From assembly GCA_965235115.1 (NCBI GenBank), contig OZ249436.1, forward strand, positions 43,216,001 to 43,280,000: 64,000 nt of DNA. Reading direction: 5' to 3'. Positions 62,527-64,000 of this stretch are shown here, piece after piece. The DNA is from Laetmonice hystrix (lineage: Eukaryota). Each line of letters starts with the position of its first letter. Within the stretch, counting starts at the first letter, position 1. A program made the position numbers and the translations under genes. Under the pieces are notes generated by a model. The model saw only the letters and a list, made by a program, of their open reading frames with translations, searched no databases and had not been told where the DNA came from.

Positions 62527-64000
62527 CATGGAAGAACTCTGGTTGTGTATCCAAGTATAAAAGTACGACGTTGCCGTGTTCAGACTGTTGTCCGTACTAA
62601 GTGACCTTTGTGAGTTAGAACGACTGCCAACCACCCACCCTGCCCTGATTACGTAAGCAGCTCAGCATCTCTGACTCACCTGTCCACAATGAAGCGAAAT
62701 TAATGCGAATTTTCCAAGAAAACAGCCCAGTCAATTCCTTGTTTAACAACTGTAGACTCACCTATTTGACGGCAAAGTTTCATATTTGTCTTCAAGTTTC
62801 ACCACATAAACACGTTAATTCTCCCTGTCTTTTCTCCTGGAATATCAGCGGTGGTTTACCATCCTACAGAACAATGTTCTCATTTTGACTGGGGAACATT
62901 ATTCCTCTATTTTTTTTTACCTCGCATACACCTACATCACGCATACATAAAGCCAGTTATTATTGGCCCGAGGCAATGGAGTGTAAACGACGAGAAATGT
63001 TTTTTTTACACATTTCGGACATAACTTTCTGGTGAGAGGAGAGAAAATAATAAGCTCTCAATGAGTCACATGTTATGGGATAACAAAACTAGACAACAAA
63101 AGTTCCATTGCCTTTGTTAGGTTTGGCAAACCTCATCTTGTTAGTGGTGGAACATTTGAACTGGCGGACCAAAGGTTCGCTTTAGACAAGGCTAAATAGA
63201 CTTCTACATTTCATCAGTTTTGCGGGTTTTATAAGTCTAGAGAAAGTTATGGGTATACAATTTCTTGAAATCATCAATTTGCAAATGGTAACATTTGGAA
63301 AATATCACAACATTGTAAAAGGCAAGTTTCTCCCTGCATCTGGCCATCTGTTTTAAATGACATGATTTCAGTTCTACTTTCACATATTAAGTTGAATGAG
63401 CAAGAAATCTTTCCCTCGTGTCTCATGATTTACTCCAGTCATTAAAACAATTGTATACTGATATGACATTGTGACCTAATTAAGAACAAATTATAATTTT
63501 AAGAATATTTGTTTAAAACGGAGAGTTTCTATCCCTTCCACTACTTCTTGTGGAGCTAATCTCGGGGTGTGAAAAACTCCTGATGGCAAAGTCTCGAGAG
63601 CGATTTATAACTCTCGGGGATTTTTCTAAATGAAAAGTCTACCCCCCCCCCCCCCCCATACACCCCCACCCACCCCAACTCCAGGCCAGAGCAAACACGA
63701 CCAGGCATGTTTGGTGATGGTGGGATCCACAATTTGCGCCGTCAATGACTATAAATAGGAGTAATGTTTGATCCTCGTGTACTCGTATTGTTAAACATGG
63801 GAGTTGGCGGCTACTGCCAATCGAGGCGAGCTGGGTCAGCTGGGGTGGGCTGAGGGGTACGGCCGGGGGGGGGGGGGCTGATTAGATGTGGGATGGATCA
63901 TTTCTAGCATGAACCCCTGTCTGGGGTAGGGCAGGCCGTGAAGGGCTGGGGTTGTTAGCGGACGGCGTAGACTGGTAGTCTATTGTACACAGTAGACTTG

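Noticed and set aside
62395..62634. Poly-Glu / poly-Ser ORFs
   Set aside because: (GAA)n microsatellite.
62680..62749. AG...GTGAGT-bounded ~70-nt segment on the minus strand as candidate first exon
   Set aside because: The frame needed to join the 50-nt exon contains a stop and there is no START N-terminal similarity; at most a non-coding or cryptic exon.

Overview
Eukaryotic (animal, probably invertebrate; host not identifiable from sequence alone) genomic window spanned almost end to end by one minus-strand gene encoding a START-domain lipid/sterol transfer protein of the STARD4/5/6 subfamily. Five coding exons were traced by hand (60720-60769, 59380-59512, 31499-31613, 5217-5310, 3977-4160). 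All have GT-AG boundaries and compatible phases, splicing to 191 aa plus stop. The first coding exon was not found and is probably beyond position 64000. Two very large introns (about 26 and 28 kb) hold about 30 unrelated minisatellites/microsatellites and many non-autonomous transposons (P-like, Tc1/mariner-like, Kolobok-like, Harbinger-like and hAT-like MITEs; V-domain-like tRNA SINEs). The most striking object is a 654-bp element at 9093-9746 inside a 44-bp satellite. It has two identical ~321-bp repeats (the first TG...CA-bounded), each carrying a tRNA-like Pol III cassette, separated by an 11-bp spacer resembling a tRNA-Ser primer-binding site, i.e. a candidate ultra-minimal tRNA-bearing TRIM. 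Also notable are a minisatellite derived from a SINE core (49922-50677) and a cluster of CTCF-consensus motifs at the gene's 3' end. Most ORFs in the supplied track are artefacts of tandem repeats. Repeat boundaries are approximate; no database searches were run.
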